From Yuukianura sp. NJ FZ-2021 (Eukaryota): a stretch of 64,000 bases of DNA. Under the pieces are notes generated by a model, which was given only the letters and a program-made list of their open reading frames with translations, did not search any database and had not been told where the DNA came from. The DNA lies in NCBI GenBank assembly GCA_046563655.1, contig CM102283.1:8246001-8310000 (forward strand), given 5' to 3'. A program made the position numbers and the translations under genes. Shown here one piece after another: positions 40,101 to 54,755 of the stretch (positions are counted from its first letter, which is position 1; every line of letters begins with the position of its first letter).

Positions 40101-43100
40101 TGTGGAAAGACAAAAGTTTGTAGTTGGGTGTACGTGGTGATTTTGGGTGAAAGTGGCAAGAGTTTGAGGGGAGGAGATGAGATTCCTGCTTTCACTTTGA
40201 CTTTCTCTGGGGATAATGGGATCAATTTCCACTCAACCAACTGAACAACCAACGCCCTCCAATTCACATTCTACTTTTACTACTTTTCACACTTACTCAA
40301 AAACTACAGTAAACAGAGGTTCCTTTCTCTAAAAATACTTTGGGTTAGGCTAAAACTTTGTTAGATATAGTGAATTTTAAAGATTTTCAACTGAAAATGT
40401 GCTAAAACGAAAATTCTTTATTTAAAAAATGTTTAAACAAAAGTCCTCCACTGAAAATGTGCTAAAGAAAAATAATTTTTGGTTTCCGCTGGATTTTGCT
40501 TTTAGTTTTTGGATGGAAAATTTTTGTAATGACAAGAGCGGAGTTTTTGGGTTTTGGTTTTGGTTGGAGAGTTTTTGAACGTGTTTTGAAACGGTTTTTG
40601 GTTTTTAGTTTTCAGAACGAAATTGGTTGAAGTTTTGCTTTGAGTTTAAAACTCAAAGTTCCAAATTTCGAACTTTTAGTTTGCTCAAACTATGGCAGTA
40701 ATGATTAGAATCTCCACTGAGTGGAAAACCAATTAAAATATACTACTTTTCCGCTTTTTCAAAAACAGCTTCCAAAATTTGATTCTCCAAAAATGGAAAA
40801 GTTTTCAACAATTTTGAAATAATTTTTTTTTGTCTTTAGAAGTAAGAACCGAGAATCACTTTAGGCAACAAATGGATGCCTTTTTTTTTTCTTTTTTTCC
40901 CCAAACGGTTTTAAAATGGTAATTTTAATTGTAAACGTCTTTCGTTTCGTATTTTTCAAATTGTTTTTTGAATTGGTCTAGAAAATGATTTGATTCGGAT
41001 CAGGTTCGTTTCAATTTCTGTTCTAAATTGAAGACGTTGTTTATAACTTTGAAAGTTTCCAAGTCTCTTGGGAGTGAAATGCTGAGGAGAAAGTAATAAT
41101 TGGCTTTCTCCAGGGACTCAAAGCTTCTTCTGGAGAACGGAACTGCTCCAGCATTTCCCAAGCACAAATGCTGCGAAGATTCTTTAGCTAGAATCGTGCC
41201 TAGGCCTTCAAACTGTCTCTAAAATTCCATTACTTTCTCCTCTCCTCCATTTAGGAATTAATCAGAAAAGACGCTAACGTTCACTTCAATATGTTTTCAC
41301 CCCAAACTGTTTCGAATTTTGGAGCCAAAAGGGAGGAAAAGTACAATTTTCTCATCTCAATTCAATTTAGACGTCCAATTTCAACTTCTTTCTACTAAAC
41401 TTTCATTTTCTTTTGATAAACTGCGGAGAAAAGGTTTTTACCTTTCCAAAAAACAAAAAAAATATGAACATCTCAATGTTTTTTACGATTCCATCCGTCC
41501 AGGAACCGAAACAGGACAGTGTGCGCCGGATGAACATTCCAGCGAATCGCTGGCAGCGATATTTGCTCATTGCAGCGCCTAGGTTACGTAACCTGACATT
41601 CCAGAGACAGCGAAGTGTTAGGTTTAGAAATGCTAACGGCTAAACAGTTTCAAACAAAGTCATAACTCTTGTTCACTAAAGTTGTCCTGTCCAGCGTCAG
41701 CGATACGCCAGCGTTTCCAGGACGCTTCTGGAAGGTTAGGTTATGTTAGCCTAGTTTCCAAGGTAGTTATGTCGTAAGGGCTTCGTAAATGGTCTCATTT
41801 TGAACAGGAAGAACTTCATTCCGCACGCTGTCTGAATTCAGGAACACCTCACTTTCTCTCCAATAAGCGAATCAACTCAACACAAAAAGACTTTTTTCGT
41901 TTCATTCTGCTTTTTAGTGAGTCCTAGGGCCGCTTTCATTCCTTTTTTTTTGAAAATTGAACCGAGTAGAAAAAGTTTTGGACAAAAAGCGGGCGCTTTT
42001 TCCCCCGCTAGTGCTACTGACTGCTCAATTATTTGAGAAGAAAAGCGAAGAAAATGAAATCAATAGGGTCGTCCCAAGGGCACTTTGACTAATATCGTTT
42101 TTCCACTAGAATAATTTACAAGGTTTTTAGCACAAAATGAAAAACAAAGAATGAAAACGACCAAATAATCATAGCATATTATTTCACAAGATCATAAAAT
42201 TTTGATTTTTAGTACCTTTTTAGAGTTTTCTGCTGCAATTGCGAAATTGAACAATTTCGGCAAAAAGTTGTGCAATTTTGGGTGCACTTAGAAGGTCTTG
42301 AGGACCAAGACATAAAAATGCATTGAAATTTTTTCTAAATTGTCTGAGAAATTGGAAATTGTCCTTGTAGGTTCTCACAGAAAGGTGTTGAAGGACGTGG
42401 TCAAATAAAAAAAAAATTTTTAAAGTAACTAAAAGTTAACAACCTAAGAAAAAGTTAATTTGTTTGAAGAATTAGTTTCAAAATTTGAAATACCTAAAAA
42501 CAATTTGAAAATTAAAAATTCGAAATCTTGATAATCATTTGAAATATTTTGGTTATTTGATTTTTGTCAATTCAAGAAATGGCTTTTTCGTTTTGTAAAC
42601 TTCTGAGTTTGAAAAGGCAGAAAAAAGTTTTTGTTCTTTTCGACATTTGCAATTTTTAGACAAAAAAAAAGATTTTTTGGGAGAAGGCAGATTGGATTGG
42701 GAACTTCCTGGAAAAGACAAATATTTGCTTTCACCTACAGAATTTTTATGAGATTTTTATTTCTTTTTGAATTTGAAAAAAAAAAACTTTTTTTTTGTGT
42801 ACGTAGTACTAGTACTTCCGCTATGTTTTCAAAATTTCTACAGAATTTTTTTCGTTTTTGGAATTCAAAATTATTCAAAAGGAAATCAGAGCACTTGTGA
42901 GGACTTGCTAATAAGGCGGACACAAAAAAAATCGTTCTCGATTTTTTTCTTCTTTGAAAACAACTTTCACTTCTTTCGTGCTCTGTTCTAGTTTGCCAAT
43001 TTTTCGCTCTGCTTTTGATTACTGAGCCCTTAATTACAAAATTTTGTGGAAAAGTTTGCGTTTTCATAATTTTGACTTTTGATTTTCACAGTGATTGAAA

Positions 43101-46028
43101 ATGAAGTTGAGACTCATTCATTCCTGTATGGTCCTCGGCGTTCTGGCACTGCTCGTTTGCTACTCAGCGTTCCTCACTGTTCCACAATTTACAGATGACA
43201 ACAGCCTAACGACAGGTAACAATTTTTCAAAAAATTTCAAAATTTCAAAAATAAAATCAAATTACAATTTTTTTTTGTTTCAAAAACATAGGTGATGGAA
43301 AACGAGTTGAGAGCGGGACAGATTTGGACTTGCTCCAGCCACCAGCTCCGCCACAGCCTTTAATCGTCGACATTCCCAAATTGACCCCGGGTCAGCAGGA
43401 GCCAATCAGCCAATCACAGACAGCCAATTCCAATTCAGGTCTGAAATTATGCAGTAAAGGCTCTAAATTAAAAAATCTTATTGATAGTGATCTTGCAAAA
43501 CATGCAAAATGACAAACGAAATGCATCAATTTACGCCTGCGTCACCTTGCTTCATCTGCTTGGCTCGTTAACTGTCCCCCGTCATGCAACGTTTTGGATG
43601 TGCATAAGAACAGATTTTGATTGAAGTTCGATGATGCAAGAACTTTAAAGTGGCCTAATTCTTGAATCTTCTTGTGCTTAATGCTGGCTGCAAGCATCAG
43701 CATCAGCATCAAGCATGATTGAGTCACTTTTACATAGGAAGTATAAGTAGCCGAAGAATCTGCATTCACGAGAGCACGCTATTCTTCTAAAGAACTTTTG
43801 TCATGCGCCGTCCTCTGTCCAACTTCCTGTATTGAATATTGATTATACTGCCAATTTGAAACCAATTTCAAAAGTATTCAAAAAATGGAGCCTTACTTGC
43901 CAGTATTTCAAAATGATTTTGTATTTTTAGATGAACCGCTACCGTCGTCACCAGCCGAAGACGGCAGTCGTAAAGACTCGGAACAGAAACGTGACATCGG
44001 CGGGCTAACGGCGACCGTGAACCTCCCGCCAAGCCAACCACAAGTCCCACCCACCCAAACCAAAATGACAACGACTACTGCCCAGGCCCCACCAACATTC
44101 CCACCAACACGAGCATTCTATGATCCAGGATTTGCGTATCCCAATGCCCCCATATGCCCCAATGACGGAGAGGATATCCGGCTCCTTATCCTTATCATGT
44201 CGGCTCCTACACACTTCTCAGCGCGGGAAGCCATACGGTTGACATGGGCTCACTATGGTCAACGGTCCGACATCTCCATTGCCTTCCTCATTGGTAAGTT
44301 TAGGACCTACTCAATATCATAATTTAATTAATATTCTAATCAATCTAACAGTATAGACAAAGGAACTTGAACATGTTAATCACAGGGGCTGTAAAACGTA
44401 TGAGATACGATCACTGAATAACTTGAATTCCTTGGGGTTTTGGACTACGACCTTCCCTTGTTCTTCTGAGAGAACCAGTTATTGAGTACGCTGTATACTG
44501 GCAAGTATCTATACTGCCAAGTTGTATATTGGCAAGTAGTATGCTGGCAAAGTTGTAGTACATGAAACCAGTTTCAATGAAGGGTGAACGTGACCTCAGT
44601 GATCTGCATTTTTGTAGTACATAGGCATACAAGGATAACTTTATTCTTGTTCCTTGTTAACGTCAATTACTTACTATGCAGATACTGTTTTCTTCCTCTT
44701 TTTTAACGGTATCCCTTTTTGCACAACATTTTTGTTCGAGAACATCCGCAGAACCCGTGAACTTTAATATGCACGTTTGTGAAGGTCATTCGGTTAAGGA
44801 ATTCAAGGAATTTCTAGATCCGCTTTAAGGGATTCGGGTTTAACAAAATCCGGGATCTGACCCGGACGTTTAGATTCCAAGAGTAATTGGTATTGATAAC
44901 GTTATTCTCTGTAATATAAACAGGTCGAACGAGCAATGAGACAGCCGTGGAAGGAATGGAAATTGAGAAGCATCTTTACGACGGTGAGTGTGGAAACATA
45001 GCACATAACGTACGGTAATCCGTACAATACTGAATACTGGTTACACTTAACAAGTACTAATTGATAGTGTTGCATCCTTTTAGATCTCATCATTGCCAAC
45101 TTCGCTGATTCTTATGATAATCTTACGCTCAAAACAATGGGAATGCTCGAATGGATCGAGACGTACTGCAATCAGTCACAATTCATTCTCAAGACGGATG
45201 ATGACATGTTCATCAGTGTCGTAAGTTCAACGTTTTTGGAAAAATGTACCCAAAGGCATTGCGAGGTGCAGATATTTCGATAAGTATTTTCTAACAAGTT
45301 CTTGTTTCAATTTTAGCCCAATGTTCTCAACTTCATCAATCGGATTGAGGTGAGCAGCGATTTGTAAAGTACAGCAAGTTGTGATTCGTTTGACCTTGCT
45401 TAACAAACGACCTTGTCAATATGATTCGAGTTTACGTTTGTTTTTAGGTTGATGATGCCAAGGAGGGTAAAATCTATGGACGTCTAGCCAAGAAATGGAA
45501 ACCCGTTCGAAATAAAAAGTCCAAGTATTACATTTCCTTTCAACAGTATAAGAAAACTGTGTACCCGGATTTCACAACGGGTCCGGCGTATCTCTTTCCC
45601 ACTAGACTCGCTTCCAGGTTACTGGAAAAAGGTAATGCTAAAACAAAACTAAAAGCGATTTTGAAACGTTCTCTAACTTTCTATTTCTGATAGGACTGGA
45701 AAATACGTATTTAAAATTAGAAGACGTGTATACGACCGGAATCGTCGCTCAGCAACTCGGTATCAAGAGAGTCAACGTTGGGGACTTTGCCAACAAAAAA
45801 GTCAATTTTCATAAGACAGGGTTCTGTGCCCTGTCCCACCTCGTGTCAATGCACATGGTAGCATTCCATGAACAGTTTGAACTGTGGAAGAAGCTTCTAG
45901 ATGGTCGTACCAAATGCAAAATCGTCTATCAAACCAAACCAAAAGCACCGCCCGTAGTCCCAGCCAAAAAGTCATCAGAGACAACCGTCGCGGGAGCCAC
46001 AAGCAGAACGATTCCAACAGCAGCGTGA
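43101..46028 (+). CDS. Beta-1,3-galactosyltransferase (GT31 family), type II membrane protein, 8 coding exons
   Basis: N-terminal signal-anchor, Pro/Thr-rich stem, LLILIMSAPTHFSAREAIRLTW, FADSYDNLTLKT, FILKTDDDMF (DxD), YPDFTTGPAYL, LEDVYTTGIVA. Confidence 0.93.
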
Positions 46029-46794
46029 TCAGAAAACGTTTCCGAAACGTTTGATTCTCGTGCAGCTTGTTTTTGTGTTCCCGTGACATGTCACGACTCT
46101 CTTAAATAGTCACAAGTCATAGGCCATGGTGTCAAAGTCTCTGTTTATAGTATGTCGAGGGGTCAAATGCCAAATTTAAATTAACCTGATTGACGTGAAA
46201 GATGACACCAACTGGTCCAGTATTTAAAATTGCTCAAAACCAAAAAAAAATCATCCCAGTGACACAATGTGTGTCAATTGACAGATTGACATTGACCGAG
46301 CTCTACTCCCCGGTGGACGAGCAATTTTTTAGAGAGCTTCTTTGTTGTTTTTATAGTAAGAGCGCCATGGCATGGAAGAAACCGTCCAAAAATTCTCAGT
46401 ATATGAGCAAGTCCTTTCTAGAATAATTTTAGATTTATAAATTAATATAGATTAATGCAATTTAATTTAAAGAAGAATGAAAGAAAAGCTTTAAAGCCAA
46501 CCAATCATAGACTGCTAATCTCTCCATTTTTATGAATTGACGAATAAAGAGGGAGAGAAATTTAATTTACAAACTTGTTAATTGAATACTAAAAAAAATT
46601 TGGACTCAAAATTTTAAGTAGTCAAGCGAAATCTTATCGAAATTTATTTCTAAATCTTAAGCAAAGAAAAAATCGAACCTCATACTTGCGCCGTCACTTA
46701 AATTCTGGAAGAACACGGACTGGGTGGATATTTTGGTAAGCATCTGGAATTTTTCTTGTAGCATAATTTCTGCGCATGCGCTGATTCTAAGATT

Positions 46795-49700
46795 CTAGTC
46801 ATTGTAGTCCATCATTTTGATAAATTCAACAGCCGAACAGAACTGTGTCCACCAGTACTCTTCTTCTCCAGTCATTTTCCCACCGTAGAAACTGTTGACA
46901 TACTGAATAGTAGAAAGGAGAGCAGGGGGATTCGACTAAAGCAACAAAAAATCATCAATGTAAAAAAAAACATTCAAATTGACCTCAATTATTACTGTTA
47001 AACCGGTTAAATCAGAAACAATCAATTAGAAAAATGAAATTTTTACCTTGATCATGACATAAACAAGGACAGGTACAAAGTCATCCGCTGCCATTGCCTT
47101 CTCTGCTGACGTTGAAATAAGGCTCAAGATGAGAGAACAGGCTCGGAGGACACATCGCAGTTTATCTGATGCTGTTCGATATGCTGACAGCATTCGAAGT
47201 TCGCGTTGAGCCGGTGGCCACGGACACTCGCTCAAATGTGACTTTGGAATGCGCAGGTCCTTGTGACTTGTAGTAACGATGCGTCCCAAATTTACAATGT
47301 GTTCCTTCAGCACTCTGAAATTCAAACGAATGATCAACATCATGAAATTTATGAAATCTCTTTTACCAAAATTTTGAAAAAAAAAGTCGTTTGGACTTAC
47401 GAATCTCGGTGAACATCTACTTCACCATTCGGATGGAGGGCATAACAATACACATGCGTGACGAGATATTGCTCCAGCGCGTTTTCCAGCGTCTGGATTT
47501 GAGCCTGAGTCAGATCTTTGCGATTTGAAAGGAAGAAAGTTAGGCGTGACGAGATGAAGGAGTTCAGTAGCTCCATCTTTTCATCCACGGTCTTTGAGCT
47601 GCGAAAAGTAGAAATGAATCCATCCAGAAGCGATTCCTGTCCAGGCTCTTCCAAACGAAGACGAATCCATTCAGTGACCAAGTAGTGCGTATAAGTCTCC
47701 CCTTCGTGGCGACTTCTTTCCAATCCGCGTTCCAAAAAGTTCAAAGTCGACAGAAGCCCTTGTTTTGCTCGAATGAGGTACGACACGTAGTCACTCCTTC
47801 GTCGATAGTCGTCTCGTAACTGTCTCACAACTTTCTTGCATCCTTCAGCCCGCAATTGCTGAATAGTTCGAATGGCTTCTTGGAGTTGAGCAGCGGTGAC
47901 ATTGTCGGCACGGCTGATGGCACTGGCCACTTCGATTCGCAAGATGTTGACAAGTTCTGCGTCGATGGTCGCCGCGGTCATGGCCGTCCCCTCCTTAGCA
48001 AATAAGAATAACAATTAAACACAATGTTAATTAGTTTTTGGCATAATTAACTCACTTGAACTAGTTGCAAATCGCAATTTCCAAGAACCGAGCGAAGTTT
48101 CTTCCTAGCATCTGAGGCTAACTCTGAGCGATTGAATTTGATCGATTCTTTGCGTGGCATGAGCGGAGAAGCATTTGAATCAGCGTTAATTTTTACATCT
48201 CTTGAAGCCGGAAACACGGGAAGACTAAATCCAGAATCCGTTAGACTCGGTTTTCTTCTGTACTTGGCCAAAATATCGTCCGAAGTTTCATCAAAACCTG
48301 GAAAAATAAAATTTTGAAATTACATTAGTGAAATTTTTCAAAAAATTTCAAAAATTTACCTTGTGACAACAATGACACAGCTCCCGGAATGTCTTCGGAC
48401 AAACTCTTCCTCATCTTTGGTACTGGCAATGACGGATTCTCTGGCATGCGTTCTGTCCAATCAAAACGCTCTTCCCCACGTGATTTCCTGCCCACTCTCC
48501 CGCGAAATATTTTGAAATTTCTGAAAAACTTTTTTGTTCTGCCAGTTTCTTCATCGTAGCGATCTCCCCGTTCAGCAGTCTTATCAAACGTTATAGTTTT
48601 GGAAATGATTGGAGTTCTGGACGAGGACACTCCAGAGGCCAATGGGTTTGACACACTTGGTTGAGTCACTCCAAGATCCAATCCTAGAAGATCTTTCGAA
48701 TCTCCAGCTTCCGAACGTTCCGTCATCGCTTCAACTTCCATGGGCACATTCGAGTCATTTCCAGAAGTCGAATCGGCTGGAACAATTGCAAGTCCAGTCG
48801 GAGGATTATCAACTGGTGGTGGCAGTTCTCCAAAAAGTAGAAGGTCAATTGGTTGCTCCGGCGGGTACAATCCTAATCCTCTGCCACCCGACAGCGAACT
48901 TCTTGGCGTATCGTCCACTACCGGTTCGACTTCGGATCTTGCCGTGTCGTCACTCCTGGCAACACTTCCGGTCTCCTCGGTATCAAAATCATGGAGTCTT
49001 TCAATGTCACTGGCAGCAACATCAGTACTCCAAGCTTCCGACATCGTTTCACCTCCAGCAGAAGCGTCAATTGATGCTCGGCTACTCTGATTTTGTTGAT
49101 CCGGCGGAAGTGGAAGTAAAAGTCGTCCGTCTCCACCCATTTCACTGTCGCTGGCCAGCACATCCGTGGACCAAGTATCACTTACAAGTGAAATGGTTTC
49201 GTCTCCGCCTCCAAAGAGCTTCTTGATTTCAAATTTACAAAACTTGTCGTCAATCTCAGAGCGTGCTTGTTTGGACGGATTACGACGGTCGTGGAGATTC
49301 AAGTTATTGATGTTGGGGGGATTGATGTTGTTTGGATTAACTGGCGGCAACTCGACAGCTCCTTCCTGTTCCATGGCTTCATCTTGTTGTTCTGCATCGT
49401 TTTGAAGATTTTCAGGCTCTGCGTTACCTTCTTCCACATCTTCTCCGGCTTGGCTCAGAGGTGAATTTCTTCCAGAAACGTTAGGACTTCCACGGCCAGA
49501 GACATTTGCTGACATCATGTCAGACAGGTTGTCATTTTGATCTTCCAACTCAATTGAAGATGAAACACTATGGGTCGAGGCTGCTTCTGAAACGGCTTCT
49601 AAGTTGTCACTTGTTCCTGTTATTCAAACAAAGTTAACCAACTATCAGTTTATGTGCAGCATGGAAAAAAAGTTGTTGTTTTTTATGTATTTTGACGCTT

Positions 49701-51918
49701 ACCGATTGAACCTTCGTCTTGTGAAATGGAAAATCTAGTGCGCTTTTCACCCGTGAGACTCCGCTCTTCTTCTCCATCGGCTTCGTCCAGCCCAACGAGC
49801 GAATCTTCTTCAATCGAACCTTTGTCGGCCTTACGATTACTCTGTACTTCTGACTCCGGTAACATCCCGACCCACTCCCAGCCTTCGTTTGTTATCGGGA
49901 AAACGAGAACTTGGACAGGAGGCTTGTTTGATTCGGCTTCAGCTTCACTCGTTCCTGAAACCAAAATTACAGTTTCTTTTGTAACGTCAAATTTTTTTTT
50001 CAAAATTTCTTCCAAAATCTGCAGCACCAGCAATACTGTGTCTACCTTTTCTAAGAAATGAGGATGTCCTGCCATTGGGCAGAAGAGAAGTAGGTCGATG
50101 TGAGGCAGAAGTGGTACTAGAATGGTTCGGCTTGTTAGATGTTGAACGTAGTGCAGTCGGAGAAGGCGAAGGTAGGGACTCTGACACTGCTGAAGAAAGC
50201 TTCACCAGGAGCGGCCAGATTTCTATGTCAGTTAGTTTTCCATTTCGTTCTAGCAATAACAAAGTTTCTTTGAACCAAGCAAAGAGTGGCACGAGTTGAT
50301 TGTCTGGAAGCAAAATAGTCCGGCGGAAAATTGCGGACAGGCCTTGATCTTCTACTGACACTTTTTCCATATGCAAAATTGTGTTGAGGACTGAACTGCA
50401 CAGCGTCTGATAAAAAAATTACTCTATGGATAAATCGATTAATGGCACAAATTATGACGAATGCTTGGAATCCTAACTTACGATATCGAAGTAAGAAATG
50501 TATTCAACCAAGTGCTGTGGACTGGGTTCATAAGGAAACAGAGCCAGAGCTTGAAGAATCATCGCCACTTGAGACAAAATGTGGCGTTCCTGTGTCCCAA
50601 CAGGGGCGGCCGTTACACCAAACGGTTCCGGATTTGTCACAGCAGGACAAATGAAAAGAGCCCAGATCAAGTCTGTACAAATGATGTTCAATTCCTTTTC
50701 TGGAATGGATTCCTTCAGTTGTTGATGAATGGACTGAATGAGCCACGCAAGTCCTGAAACATAAACGTTTCAATAAGCAATCGAACTTTCCGTGCTTGTG
50801 AAAACATTACTACCTGTAGGAAAAGCATGAATGTTGTCCAAAATACTATCCAGAAACAGTTTGGTTAGCTCTGCCATCTTCTCAGTTCTATCCAATAGGG
50901 CAATGTCCTTATTTGTGGCCTGTGCTCCAAAAGTCGAAAGTGAAACTTCCATGGAAAGAGGTGTATTGGGAGATATGGTGGTGCCGAGTTGTAGGAATTC
51001 AGGGGTAGACAGCAGTTGTGTCACAGGATGGTGTAGAGCACCAACCAAAAACAGACGAGCGCTGGGAATCGTTTCTGAAATTAGTCTAAATAAGTAACTG
51101 AACGCAGTTGATCCTTGTCGGAGTACATGCCGTGGACTTTCTGAGCCTACAACCTACAAGAACAAAAAAGTATTATTGTTGCGAAAAACTTGGAAATTAT
51201 GAACAGATCACATACCTGCAACCCTGCCAAGACACTCAACAGTTTCAACAGTAGAGCACTGTCACCCGCTAAAGGACCTCCTACTCCGCCTAGAACAAAA
51301 CAAATTGGCTAAAAATCAATAACAAAATAACAGCAGTATGTTAGTACCACCATACCATACACATTAATGATAGCCTGTAAAACTTGGCCAGAAGTGACTC
51401 CACTAGGTTCTCCTTCCAGTGAAATATACGGAATAAGGTGTTGCTTCTCCCTTTCATATGTAGTGATACCTAGTCCCACGATGTCCGGATGTGTCCGAAG
51501 CAGTATCAAAAGTTCCACATAGGAATGGTAGTACCGCTGAGGAATGAACCTCTGAGCTTCAACAAGGTCCAGACCAAGTTCATCCCCTGTTGAAGACGGC
51601 AATACCGATGACCTGCTTTCTGTATTTGTGACATATTCATTTGAGAAGGGGGAATCAATTTGACCTCGGCTCAAGTTTTCCAGTGTCAGTCGATGTTGTC
51701 CCGTTAGCCACGACTGCTGCAGGAAATTCGTACAAAGATGTTGAACCTGTCAATCATAAAAAATTGATTAGAATAAAATCCAAGAAGCTAAACAAAAAGT
51801 TGTCAAATCTTACCTTTTTATTAAGGGTTTCGATTTCCCTTCGTTCATTGGCAATAAATAACTTCTCATACTTCAATTTTTTCACAAGTTCTACGAGGTC
51901 AATCTTTGAAGAGGTCAT
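46795..51918 (-). CDS. GAPVD1: GTPase-activating protein and VPS9 domain-containing protein 1 (RME-6/Gapex-5)
   Basis: N-terminal RasGAP-like region ([26 protein letters not shown]), [36 protein letters not shown], and C-terminal VPS9 domain ([28 protein letters not shown]...[15 protein letters not shown]). Confidence 0.95.
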
Positions 51919-52688
51919 TGTAAAACTTAATTTAGAATTAGAAAGAAATTAAATAAGCGATAATACGCCTACTCCGTAGTCGTCTACTCCAATGTTCGAT
52001 GGATTAGATTCACTCTTTCTAAAGTAAAGTGTGAAGGGAAGTTGGGCAGTGCGAGTCACACTAACGACACTGTCAATTAACTTAATTAATCAAATGTCAA
52101 TTTAATAATTTTTGTCTTCGTTAAAATTTCATTGTTTTTCAAATGCAAAGTGAAAGTTTATGAAAAAAAAATTCATTCATTGGTATTCTGCCCATAAAAA
52201 CAAACGTGTTCATATTTCGCGCTCTACCGTCAGCTGATGTTCGTTTATAAACAAACGGAATTACAACTCAATTAAACGTGCATTGTGGTGCACTTTCAAT
52301 GAGTTTAATCCATTTTAACTGAATTTAGTTAATTTAATTTACAGTTAATTAGATTATAACTGTTTAAACTTTTGTTTGATTAATTAAAATCCCCGCATAA
52401 ATTTTAAGGGTGCCCAGTAGAAGTGAACATGGCGTAGTGTAGACATGTGTAACTCTTGGTCAGACTCCACGCGATAGAAAAAATGTAGCGTCCGCGTGTT
52501 CAATACTTTTTGCATGGACTTTGTTTAGGTGTTTTTAAGGTTTGTTAAAGGTTTTCAATTAATTTGTGTAATTAACTAACTATTATGCGGCGGTACTGAA
52601 TTTGGACACTTTGGGAATAAATTGACAGAGAAGATCTTTAGAGATAGCATTTTCAAGCGGAAAGTAATTTTTTGGAAACTAGAGCAAG

Positions 52689-54755
52689 ATGTTGGTTCTC
52701 TTCGAAACTGCGGCTGGCTATGCCATTTTTAAGGTAATTGGAAAGTTGACTAGGTTAACTGATTACTTTGGATTTGGATTCTAATGGAAATGATGCTGAG
52801 ATGGTGGATTATGGCTCCTGCATACTGATTATCTGTTTCTTGTTTGCAGCTCCTCAAGGATAAGAAACTCAAAGCGACGGATAATCTGTTCCAGGACTTC
52901 GAGACTGCTGAAGCCGCTAGTAAAATGTAACTGTTGATGTCAATTGATTCATACTCCATCCGCTGTGTTGAAACTTAAGCTAATTGATAATTTTGTTCTA
53001 GTGTCAAGTTGAAGCATTTTGAAAAGTTTACGGATACGACCGATGCTTTGGGTGCTGCAACAGCGGCAGTGGAAGGGAAGGTTTCTAAGCCACTGAAGAA
53101 ACTGCTGAAGAAACTGATTGTGAGTGATGCTCAAGAACAACTGCTCGTGGCGGATGCGAAGCTAGGAAATGCCATCAAGGAGAAAATGGATATCAGTTGT
53201 GTGTCAAATTCCAATGTGCTGGAGCTCATGAGATGTATTCGATCACAAGCTGACGGACTCATTGGGTCACTGCCGCAAAGGTACGTCTGGATCAATCAAA
53301 ATTAAAGTTCACGACTGATTTTTTTTTCAATTCTTGTCGTTTAGGGAGATGGCAGCAATGGCCTTAGGTTTAGCCCATTCACTGGGTAGATACAAGCTCA
53401 AGTTTAGTCCAGACAAAGTTGACACCATGATTGTCCAAGCAGTAAGTTTGCTGGATGACCTCGACAAAGAACTTAACAACTACATGATGAGATGTCGGGA
53501 GTGGTATGGCTGGCATTTTCCTGAGCTATCGAAAATCATTCTCGATAACATTGCCTACATCAAATGCATCAAACTGATGGGAATGAGAACGAATGCAAAG
53601 TCCACCGATTTCTCTGACATCCTTCCGGAAGAAATGGAAGAACAGGTCAAGGAGGCCGCAGAGATATCTATGGGTACTGAAATTTCCGAAGAAGACATCA
53701 TCAACATCAATTTCTTAGCGGAACAAGTCATCGAAATATCTGACTACAGGACACAACTGTAAGTAATCAGCAAGTCTCAATCAATCAAGATCGGTAGTTA
53801 TTTTAATTAGTTTGGATCTTGTAGATACGAATACCTCAAGAACAGAATGATGGCAATTGCCCCCAATTTGACTGTTTTGGTTGGTGAACTTGTCGGAGCT
53901 CGCCTAATCGCCCATGCTGGAACACTCATTAATCTTGCAAAACATCCTGCCTCAACAATTCAAATTCTTGGAGCTGAGAAAGCACTTTTCCGAGCTCTCA
54001 AAACTAAAAAAGACACTCCCAAATACGGACTCATCTATCACGCTACTCTTGTCGGACAAGCATCAACGAAGATGAAAGGAAAAGTAAGCACATAAGCACA
54101 ACTTCTAACTTTTTCTGCGGCCATTGTTCTAACTGTTCCGTTTTTCTAGATTTCTCGAATGCTGGCAGCAAAAACAGCTCTGGCTGCTCGTGTCGATGCT
54201 TTAGGAGAAGAAAGTTCCATTGGATTAGGCACAGAACACAAGGCATACTTGGAGCAGAGGTTACGAATCTTAGAAGAAGGGGGCCAACGACGGATTTCAG
54301 CCGGAGGAAGGAAGTCATTCCAACCGGCCAAGTATGAAACCAAGAGCGAAATACGGCAGTATCCAGTATCAGCTGATTCCACGACAATGAAGCGGAAACA
54401 CTCTGCAGCCTTCGAAGACTCTAAACAAATGAAACGTAAAACATAAAAACCGATAATCTAGTTGCTAATCAACTATTCACTACTTTCTAAGTCCATTGCC
54501 CAAGTTTTAACTTGTTTTGTGATTGTAGAAGAACCGGAAGATGAAAACGGAGAAACAGAGAGTCCAAAGAAGAAGAAAAAGAAAAAGTCGGAGAGTGTCG
54601 CTGTTCCTGACGCAGAAGAAAACGGAGAACCGTCAGAGCCAGTAGTGAAGAAAGAGAAAAAGAAGAAGGTGAAGCAGGAGGCAGTTGAAGAACCGGAAGA
54701 GCCTGAAGTGGCAGAAGAAGTGCCGAAGAAGAAAAAGAAGAAATCCAAAGTCTAG
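52689..54755 (+). CDS. NOP58: Nucleolar protein 58 (box C/D snoRNP core)
   Basis: [108 protein letters not shown], Lys/Glu-rich tail. Confidence 0.97.

Noticed and set aside
43542-44632. Antisense ORFs in the two larger GT31 introns (43542-43769, 44411-44632)
   Set aside because: Non-ATG starts in the ORF track, short internal repeats, no motif or splice evidence.
48609-50757. Long + strand ORFs overlapping GAPVD1
   Set aside because: Antisense shadows of the coding exons.
52734-52849. Box C/D snoRNA in NOP58 intron 1 (ATGATGC and two CTGA motifs)
   Set aside because: No proper 5' box C, no terminal stem and no guide I can match to rRNA; it would need an Infernal or snoscan hit.
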